A stretch of 64,000 nt of DNA from an uncultured Actinomycetota bacterium (GTDB taxonomy: Bacteria > Actinomycetota > Actinomycetes > CAVWCF01): contig CAVWCF010000002.1 of NCBI GenBank assembly GCA_963753435.1, positions 96,001-160,000 of the forward strand, written 5' to 3'. Shown here in pieces: positions 51,221 through 59,789 of the stretch; position 1 is the first letter of the stretch; each line of letters starts with the position of its first letter. The position numbers were made by a program, and so were the translations under genes. Under the pieces are notes generated by a model that made no database searches, was not told the origin of the DNA, and saw only the letters and a list, made by a program, of their open reading frames with translations.

Positions 51221-52138
51221 TCATCGGGCGCGCCTGCGCGCATAGGCGGCGCCGCCGAGCAGCGCGGTCAGCAGCGCCACGGTCACCAGCAGTCCGGCCG
51301 GGGAGCCGGTGTCGGCTGGTGCCCGCGATGCCGTTGGGTAGGCACCGAGCGCCTCGGCTGCGTCGACCTGCTCGTCCGTTGCGCGACCGGCGGCGGAATC
51401 GGTCGGTGCGGTCGGCGCCGAAGCGGCGGCACTGCTAGTCGGCGTCCCTGGGGTCGCCGCGCCGGGCTCCTGCACCGCCGGATCGCCGGTGCTCGCGGGC
51501 GTGCTCGGCGAGTTTCGGCCCGAACTGGAATCCGCCGCCTCGCTGTTCGCGGCGGTGCGGTTGTTGGGTTGCGCCCCGGCGGCGGGGGAGGTCGGCTTGG
51601 GGGTAGGGCTGGGTTGCGACTGGACCACGACGTCGCCGCATTCTCTGCTCGGGTAGCCGTTGAGGCCACCGATCAGACCGCTGGAGCAGGCGCGCACCGT
51701 GGCGACCTTGCTGAGGACGTCCAAGCCGGTGGCGCTGGTGGCGGCGGTCACGCAGGCTTTGACCGGGGTGTCTGGGGTGCCCGGGGGAGTCTCTCCCGGT
51801 GGCGCGTCAGAGGTGGAGCCGTAGTCGATGACTACCGCGACCCGCTTCTGGCCCTCGAGGGCCTGTTCACCCCGGCAGATCTGGCTGAACAGCCCGGACG
51901 CGGTCAGACGCGGCGGGTCATCCCCGCCATTCGTCGAGACTCCGAATCGCCACCCCTCGACGGAACCATCCGCTGGGCGGCTGGACGGTCCCACTGGCGC
52001 GAAGGACCAGCTGTCGGCTCCCGGCGTCACCTTCCAGTACTGCCAGTACCGGTACGCCGTCGCGGCCTCCGCCGCAGGGGTCGCCCATACGGCAACTGCC
52101 GTCGCGAAGGCGGCGGTGGCAGCCAACAGCCGCTTCAC
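51221..52138 (-). CDS. SCO2322-like secreted protein with C-terminal membrane anchor
   Basis: Signal peptide; AYRYWQYW, FAPVG..DGSVEGWRF, KRVAVVIDYG, GYP..EC; Pro/Thr linker; TM followed by RRRAR. Confidence 0.8.
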   Translation of the reverse strand: MKRLLAATAAFATAVAVWATPAAEAATAYRYWQYWKVTPGADSWSFAPVGPSSRPADGSVEGWRFGVSTNGGDDPPRLTASGLFSQICRGEQALEGQKRVAVVIDYGSTSDAPPGETPPGTPDTPVKACVTAATSATGLDVLSKVATVRACSSGLIGGLNGYPSRECGDVVVQSQPSPTPKPTSPAAGAQPNNRTAANSEAADSSSGRNSPSTPASTGDPAVQEPGAATPGTPTSSAAASAPTAPTDSAAGRATDEQVDAAEALGAYPTASRAPADTGSPAGLLVTVALLTALLGGAAYARRRAR

Positions 52139-53379
52139 TGCCGCGAACTCCAGCGCCGGGAGATCAGCACCAGCGCCACCCCGATGACCAGAAGGGCCAG
52201 TGCCACCCAGATCTGTTCGAGCACGGCCCCCGGCAGACCCGAGTCAGCCAGCTCGGTCGGAGTGGCCGCACCGGCGGTTGGGGTGGCATCCGTTGATGTG
52301 TCGGGAGTCGTCGGTGACGCGCCGGGTGGCGTCGGCGCAGCCGTGTTCAACGTTGCCTGAAGTTGGGCAGTGAGGTCGGCGCCCGCGTCCGGGTCGGACA
52401 CGCCGAGGGCGACGCCGGCCAGCAGGTAAAGCGCAGCCGCTCCGGGCCGGACCTGGCCGGAACTGTCGGTGATCGCACCGGGAAGGTCCGCGAGCATTGC
52501 CGCGTAGATCTCGGTGGCCTTGGTCTTGCCGGCGTTGGCGGCAGCGAAAGACATGACGGCGAAGGCGCGCTGGTCGACAGAACTGAAGTTGGCCAGTGGC
52601 TGGTTCTCCAGCCAGTCCGCGGCGGCGAGCGCCGGGTCGGCGAACGGGCCCGGGCACGTGAGGTCCGCAACAGTGTCCGCAAAGGCGACCGGCGCCGGCA
52701 CGGGATACCCGCTGCCAGCCGCGGCCGGCAATGCCTGCACGGTTGCCAGCAGGTCGGCCTGGCCGGAGTACGGGGCGATGAACCCGCCGATGTCCAGCGG
52801 GTCCGCTGAGCAGTCGGCCTGCTGTGCGATCAGACCGGAAGCCGTGTCCTGGCCGCTGAACGAGGTCGGATCGAGTCCCAGCGAGATCAATGCGCTGACA
52901 GCGAGACCGGAGGAGTTGGGGTCGGCACCGAAGCCGGGTTGGTACTGGAAGCCACCGGCCCCGTCCAGGACGGTGGCGAGGAAACCGGCTGCGTCGCTGG
53001 CCGCGTCGGTCTCGCCGACCGCCGCCAATGCCATGGCCGCAAGTGCGGTCAAGTTGGAGTCCTCGGCGGTGAACAGCGCGGGGTCGGGGGTGCACGCCGC
53101 GTCCAGCGCGAATCCCATGAATCCGCCGTCGGGGCACTGCTGCTCCAGCAGCCACGCAACTGCCGCGGGATCAACGCTGCCGCCGACGGCATCCAGCGCC
53201 AAGATGGAAAGGGACTGCCGGAACGTGCCGTCGTAGGTGGGGTCCTGGACCCCGTACATACCCACCTTGGCCGGGTCCTCGGTGGTCGCCGACAGCGCGG
53301 GCGCTGCTAGGGCGAATGCTGCGGTGATGCCGGCGGTGACTCCGATCGCGATTCCTCGCGCGATCACTGGAGCGGACAA
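52135..53379 (-). CDS. Prenyltransferase/squalene-oxidase-repeat (alpha/alpha barrel) surface protein with sortase-like tail
   Basis: Signal peptide; WLLEQQCPDGGF, DSNLTA, GGFQY..DPNSSG; LADSG + TM + RR tail. Confidence 0.75.
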   Translation of the reverse strand: MSAPVIARGIAIGVTAGITAAFALAAPALSATTEDPAKVGMYGVQDPTYDGTFRQSLSILALDAVGGSVDPAAVAWLLEQQCPDGGFMGFALDAACTPDPALFTAEDSNLTALAAMALAAVGETDAASDAAGFLATVLDGAGGFQYQPGFGADPNSSGLAVSALISLGLDPTSFSGQDTASGLIAQQADCSADPLDIGGFIAPYSGQADLLATVQALPAAAGSGYPVPAPVAFADTVADLTCPGPFADPALAAADWLENQPLANFSSVDQRAFAVMSFAAANAGKTKATEIYAAMLADLPGAITDSSGQVRPGAAALYLLAGVALGVSDPDAGADLTAQLQATLNTAAPTPPGASPTTPDTSTDATPTAGAATPTELADSGLPGAVLEQIWVALALLVIGVALVLISRRWSSRQ

Positions 53380-53438
53380 ACTTCCCCCTCAAGGAAACGG
53401 GCTGCGGTTTCGCCGAGCGCCCGTTGCCACACGACAAA

Positions 53439-53463
53439 CCCTCGATGCCACAGGCATCGAGGG
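53439..53463 (-). terminator. Intrinsic terminator in riboswitch leader
   Basis: CCCTCGATGCC-3nt-GGCATCGAGGG followed by TTTGT on the minus strand, ~60 nt before the first start codon. Confidence 0.65.
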
Positions 53464-53524
53464 CGGGGTGTGGGTCTGTTGACCCGGCTCCCCCCGCAGT
53501 CCTCGACGGAATTACAGGAGCCAC

Positions 53525-53640
53525 TGATGCGCTCGGTTGGTATCCCGGCTTGCCGCGTGGCACCCAAGGGTGCGCGGCCTACGGTTGCGGGTCAGCGCCG
53601 GATTCCGACCGGCTTCCCCAACTCCGAGCATCTGTAGTTG
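53525..53640 (-). ncRNA. Cobalamin riboswitch
   Basis: Minus strand GGGGAAGCCGGTCGGAATCCGGCGCTGACCCGCAACCGTA ... AAGCCGGGATACC (B12 box); upstream of the ECF operon and cobT. Ends approximate. Confidence 0.9.
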
Positions 53641-53702
53641 TGGCGCGAACTGTCCCACACGGGTTGTTGGGGGGTCAAAGCACCGACACCTAGGCTGATG
53701 GC

Positions 53703-53912
53703 ATGTCTTGGTCTTGGCGGTATGAGAAGTCGGACGGCTCGGAAGTGACCGAAGCGGCTTTGGGCCGGTTCACCTTTCCGGCGCAGGCTGATGCCGAGAC
53801 CTGGATCGGGGAGAACTGGCAGGACCTCTTGGCTCAAGGCGTGGACGCCGTGGTGCTGCTGGAGGGTGACCGGGTCGTCTACGGGCCGATGAGCCTGCAC
53901 CCGGCGCAGTAG
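53703..53912 (+). CDS. Small conserved actinobacterial protein
   Basis: WSWRYE..F..QADAETWIGE.W..VYGPMSL; TAGGCT 6 nt before ATG. Confidence 0.75.
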   Translation: MSWSWRYEKSDGSEVTEAALGRFTFPAQADAETWIGENWQDLLAQGVDAVVLLEGDRVVYGPMSLHPAQ

Positions 53913-53913
53913 C

Positions 53914-54912
53914 TCACCAGCGCGGACTCATCTCCTCGGTCCGGGCCGGGTCGGCCTCGATGACGTCGGCCAGCACCGCGTCGATCTGCGCGCACAACTC
54001 ATCGGACAACTCCACCTCGGTCGCGGCGACGTTGTCGGTCACCTGTTCCGGGCGTGTGGCGCCGATGATCGCCGCGGACACGTTGTCGTTGCGCAACACC
54101 CAGGCCAGGGCCAACTGGGCCATGCTCGCCCCGGCGGCTTCGGCGATAGGTCGGAGGCGGTCCACCGCCACGAGCACCTCGTCGCGCAGCATGCCCCTGA
54201 TGAAGGTGCCGCCGGTCTCGTCGGTGGCCCGCGATCCCGGGGGGGCCGGTTCGCCCGGTCGGTATTTGCCGGTGAGGATCCCCTGGGCCAGTGGGCTCCA
54301 GACGATCTGACCGACGCCCAGTTCGCGGCAAGTCGGGACCACTTCGCCCTCGATGACCCGATACAGCATCGAGTACTGCGGCTGGTTGCTGATGAGCCGG
54401 TCGAAACCCATCTCGTCGGCGATCCGGTGGGCTTCCCGGATCTGCGCCGCGGTCCATTCGCTCACCCCGATGTACAGGACCTTGCCCGAACGCACCAGGT
54501 CTTCGAAGGCGCGCAGCGTCTCGACCAGCGGGGTGGAATGGTCGAAGCGATGTGCCTGGTAGAGGTCCAGGTAGTCGGTCTGCAGTCGCTTCAGCGAGGC
54601 ATTGCAGGACTCCACGATGTGCTTGCGGCCCAGCCCGCGGTCGTTGGGTCCCGGTCCGGTGGGCCAGAAGACCTTGGTGAAGATCTCCAGCCCTTCGCGG
54701 CGCTGACCGCTCAGCGCTCGGCCCAGCACTTCCTCGGCCTTGGTCGCGGCGTACACGTCGGCGGTGTCGAAGGTGGTGATGCCGGCGTCAAGGGCTGCGT
54801 GCACGCAGGCCTTCGCGGCGTCCTCTTCGACCTGCGAGCCGTGTGTGACCCAGTTGCCGAACGCGATCTCGGATACGGAAAGGCCGCTGCGGCCAAGACG
54901 GCGGTGCTTCAT
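53914..54912 (-). CDS. Aldo/keto reductase (Kv-beta-like)
   Basis: LGRSGL, FDTADVY, TKVF, DLYQAHR, WSPLAQG. Confidence 0.92.
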   Translation of the reverse strand: MKHRRLGRSGLSVSEIAFGNWVTHGSQVEEDAAKACVHAALDAGITTFDTADVYAATKAEEVLGRALSGQRREGLEIFTKVFWPTGPGPNDRGLGRKHIVESCNASLKRLQTDYLDLYQAHRFDHSTPLVETLRAFEDLVRSGKVLYIGVSEWTAAQIREAHRIADEMGFDRLISNQPQYSMLYRVIEGEVVPTCRELGVGQIVWSPLAQGILTGKYRPGEPAPPGSRATDETGGTFIRGMLRDEVLVAVDRLRPIAEAAGASMAQLALAWVLRNDNVSAAIIGATRPEQVTDNVAATEVELSDELCAQIDAVLADVIEADPARTEEMSPRW

Positions 54913-54980
54913 GCGGCGACGCTAGCGAAGCGCGGTGTCACCCGCGAACCGGCGCTGGCCAACCGCGGAGCGTCGCCGGT

Positions 54981-55565
54981 TCAGTCGGGGCGCTGTCCCC
55001 GCTTGACCTGCGGCTTGGGAACGCGCAGGGAGCGCATCTGCAGTCCACGCAAGACGGCGTAGGTGGTGGCTCCCTTGCGGTCGGCCTTCTCCGGCCAGCG
55101 GCGCTTCAGGTCCGACCGCAGTCGCAAGCCCAGGACGGTGGAGTCGACCACGACCAGCAAGGTCAACAGCAACCAGCCGTTGACGGTGAGAACTCGCAGC
55201 GCGGGGTTCGGGATCAGGCCAAGCAGGATGACGGCGATCGCTGCGGGCAGGAAGAACTCACCCATTGAGAAGCGGGAGTCCACCCAGTCGCGGGTGTAGC
55301 GACGTACCGGGCCCTGGTCTCGTCGCGGCAGGTACTTCTCTTCGCCGGCGAGCATCGCCTCGCGGGCTTTCGCCTGGGCGGCTCGAGCCTTGGCACGCTC
55401 GGCCTTACGGGCCTGCTTGGGGTCAGCGGCCACCTTCGCGCGCGCCTTGCGGGCGGCCTCGGCTTCTTTCCGGCTGGGCGTCGGGCGGCCTTTGCCCTGC
55501 GCTGGCCCGGACTCTTGTACTTCGCCGTTGGACACCGCTGTCGCCTTCTCCTGCGCTTCACTCAT
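54981..55565 (-). CDS. DUF3043 family membrane protein
   Basis: GKGRPTPSRKEA, RDQGPVR..RDWVDSR, R.PKPQV. Confidence 0.85.
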   Translation of the reverse strand: MSEAQEKATAVSNGEVQESGPAQGKGRPTPSRKEAEAARKARAKVAADPKQARKAERAKARAAQAKAREAMLAGEEKYLPRRDQGPVRRYTRDWVDSRFSMGEFFLPAAIAVILLGLIPNPALRVLTVNGWLLLTLLVVVDSTVLGLRLRSDLKRRWPEKADRKGATTYAVLRGLQMRSLRVPKPQVKRGQRPD

Positions 55566-55665
55566 CGCCGACAGCGTAACCGCGCCCCACCAGCGAGCCG
55601 ACCGAACGCATCCGGATTGACTAGGCTCGGTCTCACATAGTCGACGATGCCGGAAGGGGCCGACG

Positions 55666-56418
55666 ATGGGTCTTTGGCAGCGCTTCAAAATGATCTTCCA
55701 GTCGAAGACCAGCGCGGCGCTGGACCGCGCCGAGGACCCGCGACAGACCCTCGACTACTCCTATGAGAAGCAACTGGAGTTGTTGCAGCAGGTGCGCCGT
55801 GGTGTCGCCGACGTCGCTACCAGCCGCAAGCGTCTGGAGTTGCAGGTCGATTCGCTGGAGCAGAAGGCGGCCAAGTTGGAGGGCCAAGCGCGGCAGGCGT
55901 TGGCCATGGGACGTGAGGACCTGGCCCGGGAGGCGTTGGCGCGCCGTTCCGGCCTCAACCAGCAGATGACCGACCTGCACACCCAGTTGGCCGGGCTGCA
56001 GGCGGAGGAAGAACGTCTCACCCAGGCCGCGCAGCAACTCCAGGCCCGCGTGGAGCAGTTCCGCACCCGCAAGGAGACGCTGAAGGCGACGTATACGGCG
56101 GCCGAGGCGCAGACGAAGGTGTCCGAGGCGTTCGGCGGCCTGTCCAAAGAGCTTTCCGACGTGGGCATGGCCGTTCAGCGGGCGGAGGACAAGACCGCGC
56201 AGATGCAGGCCCGCGCCGGCGCGCTGGACGAGTTGTTCGCCAGTGGTGCGCTGGAGGATGTCAGCGGATCGAGCAAGGACGACCTGACCCTGGAACTGGA
56301 GCGGATGTCCAGCGCCGGCGAGGTCGAGAACGAGTTGGCACGGCTGCGCGGTGAGCTCCCGGCCGCCGAGGCGCCGAAGGCGGTTGAACCGGGCGAGGCG
56401 GATTCGCCGTCGAACTGA
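55666..56418 (+). CDS. pspA: PspA/IM30 family protein
   Basis: LDRAEDPRQTLDYSYE, REDLAREAL, ARAGALDEL; coiled coil. Confidence 0.9.
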   Translation: MGLWQRFKMIFQSKTSAALDRAEDPRQTLDYSYEKQLELLQQVRRGVADVATSRKRLELQVDSLEQKAAKLEGQARQALAMGREDLAREALARRSGLNQQMTDLHTQLAGLQAEEERLTQAAQQLQARVEQFRTRKETLKATYTAAEAQTKVSEAFGGLSKELSDVGMAVQRAEDKTAQMQARAGALDELFASGALEDVSGSSKDDLTLELERMSSAGEVENELARLRGELPAAEAPKAVEPGEADSPSN

Positions 56419-56419
56419 G

Positions 56420-57316
56420 GTGAAAACTCGCTTCGCCCCTGATCGGGGCCTCAGTGCCCGGATGGGCTTGACGCTATTCGTCCTCGGCCTGCTGTACGTC
56501 GTCGCGATGGCCGTGCTCATCTGGTTCGGCTTTCCGGCCGTCTTCGTTGTCGGAATCGCCGCGGTGGTGCTGGTCGGCCAGTGGTACTACTCAGACCGCA
56601 TCGCGCTCTATGCCATGCGCGCCCAGGACGTTACGCCGGAGCAGGCCCCGGAGCTGCACGCGGTAATCGACCGGTTGTGCGCGATGGCCGACATGCCTAA
56701 GCCACGCGTGACTATTGCCCAATCGGACGTCCCGAATGCGTTCGCAACCGGTCGCTCACCCGAGAATTCAGCCGTCTGCGTCACCACCGGTCTGCTGCGC
56801 CGGCTCAACCGGGACGAGGTGGAGGCGGTCTTGTCGCACGAGTTGTCGCACATCGCCCACCGGGACGTGACGGTGATGGCGGTGGCGTCGTTCGTAGGCG
56901 TCCTGGCCGGCGTGATGACCCGCTCGTTCCTCTGGGGTGGCATGTACCGACGCAGCGGCAACCAGAACACCGCGTTCGCGCTGCTAGCGGTGCTGGTTGT
57001 CAGCGTCATCGTCTACATCGCGAGCTTCCTGCTGATCCGTGCGCTGGGCCGTTACCGGGAGCTGGCCGCCGACCGTGCGGGCGCACTGCTTACAGGCCGG
57101 CCCTCGCATCTGGCCAGTGCCCTGCAGCGAATCCACGGGGAGATGGGCCAGATCCCCACCGAGGACTTGCGCCGTGCCGAGCCGGTCAACGCGTTCTTCT
57201 TCGCCCCCGCCTTGGCCGGTGGAGTCAGCCTGGCTTCGTTGCTGTCTACGCACCCGCCGTTGGATCGTCGGCTGGAGAACCTGGCCAAGGTGGCCGCGGA
57301 GTTGGGCCAGGCCTGA
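56420..57316 (+). CDS. htpX: HtpX zinc metalloprotease
   Basis: PNAFATG, HELSH, RELAAD, STHPP. Confidence 0.92.
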   Translation: MKTRFAPDRGLSARMGLTLFVLGLLYVVAMAVLIWFGFPAVFVVGIAAVVLVGQWYYSDRIALYAMRAQDVTPEQAPELHAVIDRLCAMADMPKPRVTIAQSDVPNAFATGRSPENSAVCVTTGLLRRLNRDEVEAVLSHELSHIAHRDVTVMAVASFVGVLAGVMTRSFLWGGMYRRSGNQNTAFALLAVLVVSVIVYIASFLLIRALGRYRELAADRAGALLTGRPSHLASALQRIHGEMGQIPTEDLRRAEPVNAFFFAPALAGGVSLASLLSTHPPLDRRLENLAKVAAELGQA

Positions 57317-57320
57317 CTAG

Positions 57321-57893
57321 ATGGGCTTCTGGGACGCGGTTCTGGGTCGACGCGCGCAACCGCGGCCCGACTTGGACGCCCTGTTCGCCCTACCGAGCGC
57401 TGCCATCGGGTTGGAGGTCGCCGGCTATCGGCCCACCGGGGTTGCCGCCGTCGGTTTCCGTGCCCCGACGGGGGAGGCGTTTCGGGCGCTGGAGGCCGAG
57501 GTGACCCAGTTGCTGGACGCCGACGGCGGTCCGGCGACCGAACGCACCAGCGACGAGTTCGGCTACACGTGGTTGCTGTGCCGCACCGAACCGCCGGACT
57601 TGGGCACGCTCGTGAGTGATCTGCACGCGGTGCACACCAGTCTCATCGACGACGGGTTCGGATCGTTCCTGTTGGCCGCAGTCGTCGCCTTCCGAGGCCC
57701 GGATGACCAACCGCTGCTCCTGATCTATCCGCACAAGTCCGGGCGCTTCTACCCGTTCGCCCCGCGTGCGGATAAACGCCGGGACAACGTGGTGGAACTG
57801 CAGGTTCGCGATCTGCTGCAGCACGAAATGCCGCTCGAGCCGGACCTGACCCGCTGGTTCGCCCTGTGGGGTGCGCCCGGAAGCGCGGCCTAG
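57321..57893 (+). CDS. PspA-associated protein B (PspAB)-like
   Basis: LDALFALPSAA, DEFGYTW, GRFYPFAP, EPDLTRWF.LWGAP; follows pspA-htpX. Confidence 0.75.
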   Translation: MGFWDAVLGRRAQPRPDLDALFALPSAAIGLEVAGYRPTGVAAVGFRAPTGEAFRALEAEVTQLLDADGGPATERTSDEFGYTWLLCRTEPPDLGTLVSDLHAVHTSLIDDGFGSFLLAAVVAFRGPDDQPLLLIYPHKSGRFYPFAPRADKRRDNVVELQVRDLLQHEMPLEPDLTRWFALWGAPGSAA

Positions 57894-57922
57894 AACGGCG
57901 CCACCTGGCCCCCGCAAGCACG

Positions 57923-59119
57923 TCAGTCCTTCGCGGCAGTGTCTCCAGGCAGGGCCAGCATCCGGTCCAGTGCGACCCGGGCCCAGTGCGCGGTGTCTTC
58001 GGCAACGGTGATGCGGTTGACCACTCGACCCTCGGCCAGGGACTCCAGCGCCCAGACCAGGTGCGGCAGGTCGATGCGGTTCATGGTCGAGCAGTAGCAG
58101 ACGGTGCGGTCCAGGAACACAACCTGCTTGTCCGGGTTGTCCTGGGCCAGCCGCTTGACGAGGTTCAGTTCGGTGCCGACCGCCCATGCGGTGCCGGGTT
58201 CGGACGCCGACACCGTCTTGATGATTTTCTCGGTGCTGCCGATGGCATCGGCCTTCAGGACGACCTCGTGACGGCACTCCGGGTGGGCGATGACGCGCAC
58301 CCCCGGGATGCGTTCGCGAACCTCGTCCACCGCGTCCGCAGTGAACCGGCCGTGAACTGAGCAGTGGCCGCGCCAGAGCAGCATCTTCGCCTGCCCCAGT
58401 TGATCGGCGGTTAGGCCGCCGTCCGGCTTGTGCGGGTTGTAGACGACGCAGTCGTCCAAACCCATGCCCAGTTCGAGCACGGCGGTGTTCCGGCCGAGGT
58501 GCTCATCGGGCAGGAACAGGACCCGCTCACCTTGTTCGAACGCCCATTCCAGCGCGCGCTGGGCGTTCGACGACGTGCAGATGGTGCCGCCGTTCCTGCC
58601 CGTGAAGGCTTTGATGTCCGCGGACGAATTCATGTACGTGACCGGAATCGTGGACTGCGCGAGGCCAGCGCGTTCCAGCACGGCCCAGGCGTCTTCGACC
58701 TGGTTGATCGCCGCCATGTCCGCCATGGAGCAGCCAGCCGCCAGGTCGGGCAGCACGACCTGCTGCCGGTCGCTGGTGAGGATGTCTGCGGACTCGGCCA
58801 TGAAGTGCACCCCACAGAAGACGATGAACTCCGCGTCGGGGCGTGCGGCGGCCTGCTGGGCCAATTTGAACGAGTCGCCGGTCACATCGGCGAACGCGAT
58901 GACCTCGTCACGTTGGTAGTGGTGCCCAAGCACGAAGACCCGGTCGCCAAGCGACTCCTTGGCCCGGCGGGCGCGTTCGACCAGATCCGGGTCGGACGGG
59001 GCCGGCAGGTCGCCGGGGCACTCGACGCCACGCTCGCTGTTGGGATCGGATTCTCGACCGAGCAGCAGCAAGGCCAACGGCGTCGCCTGGACACCGTCTG
59101 GGAGGTCGGTCTGGGTCAC
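57923..59119 (-). CDS. nadA: Quinolinate synthase
   Basis: GHHYQ, GDS, CGVHFMAE, AGCSMA, YMNS, CSVH, HPEC, C.TM. Confidence 0.95.
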   Translation of the reverse strand: MTQTDLPDGVQATPLALLLLGRESDPNSERGVECPGDLPAPSDPDLVERARRAKESLGDRVFVLGHHYQRDEVIAFADVTGDSFKLAQQAAARPDAEFIVFCGVHFMAESADILTSDRQQVVLPDLAAGCSMADMAAINQVEDAWAVLERAGLAQSTIPVTYMNSSADIKAFTGRNGGTICTSSNAQRALEWAFEQGERVLFLPDEHLGRNTAVLELGMGLDDCVVYNPHKPDGGLTADQLGQAKMLLWRGHCSVHGRFTADAVDEVRERIPGVRVIAHPECRHEVVLKADAIGSTEKIIKTVSASEPGTAWAVGTELNLVKRLAQDNPDKQVVFLDRTVCYCSTMNRIDLPHLVWALESLAEGRVVNRITVAEDTAHWARVALDRMLALPGDTAAKD

Positions 59120-59140
59120 CAGGCAATCGTTACACAGGGG

Positions 59141-59383
59141 TTAGTGCACGGTCCCCACGTAGGAGAGCACGTAGATCGGGGCCAGGGTCTCCACGATCAG
59201 CGATTCGGCCGCGGTCAAGCCGGCCTTCGGCGTGATCCGGTACAGATGCACGTAACCGTCTGCGTCCGGGAGGCTCACCTCGTGTCCGATACCGCCGTGG
59301 GCTGTGACGTCGAGTTCGAGGGTGTGCCCGTCCATGGGGCCGCCGACGAGGAGCAGCTTCTGGGTACGCCCTTCAGTGAACAT
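59141..59383 (-). CDS. Small hypothetical protein (GGPMDG motif)
   Basis: 80-aa ORF fills the gap; TACAGT 6 nt before ATG. Confidence 0.6.
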   Translation of the reverse strand: MFTEGRTQKLLLVGGPMDGHTLELDVTAHGGIGHEVSLPDADGYVHLYRITPKAGLTAAESLIVETLAPIYVLSYVGTVH

Positions 59384-59457
59384 ACGTTCACTGTAATGGG
59401 ATGGCTCGCGGCTGTCACCGACACGCCGAGGCGATTTGGGTAACTGTCAGTAACCGT

Positions 59458-59712
59458 TCATCCACCGTTTATCGAGCGATCGCGGACGAGCAGGGGGTAG
59501 TTGGTGCCGAAGTAGTCCACGACTGCGTCTGTCAACGCCCATTCGCCCTCGAACTCGGCGTCGGGGTCGTCGCCACGCGCCACGATGTAGCGGACGTCCT
59601 GGGGATGCGATCCCAGGCGCCGAGCCACTCGCTTGATCACCGCGCGCGAATGGTGCAGGTCGTAGAGGGTGATTACCGGTTCACCTTCGGCAAGTTCCGC
59701 TGCTTCGGTCAT
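59458..59712 (-). CDS. Small hypothetical protein (84 aa)
   Basis: MTEAAELAEGEPVITLYDL...; TAGGTT 7 nt before ATG; codon usage looks genic. Confidence 0.6.
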   Translation of the reverse strand: MTEAAELAEGEPVITLYDLHHSRAVIKRVARRLGSHPQDVRYIVARGDDPDAEFEGEWALTDAVVDYFGTNYPLLVRDRSINGG

Positions 59713-59789
59713 GACCTTGAACCTACTGACTGACCGCGGGCGCCCGGCCACGGTCCAACGTCCCGAACCGGCGTCCATAGGGTCCGCTT

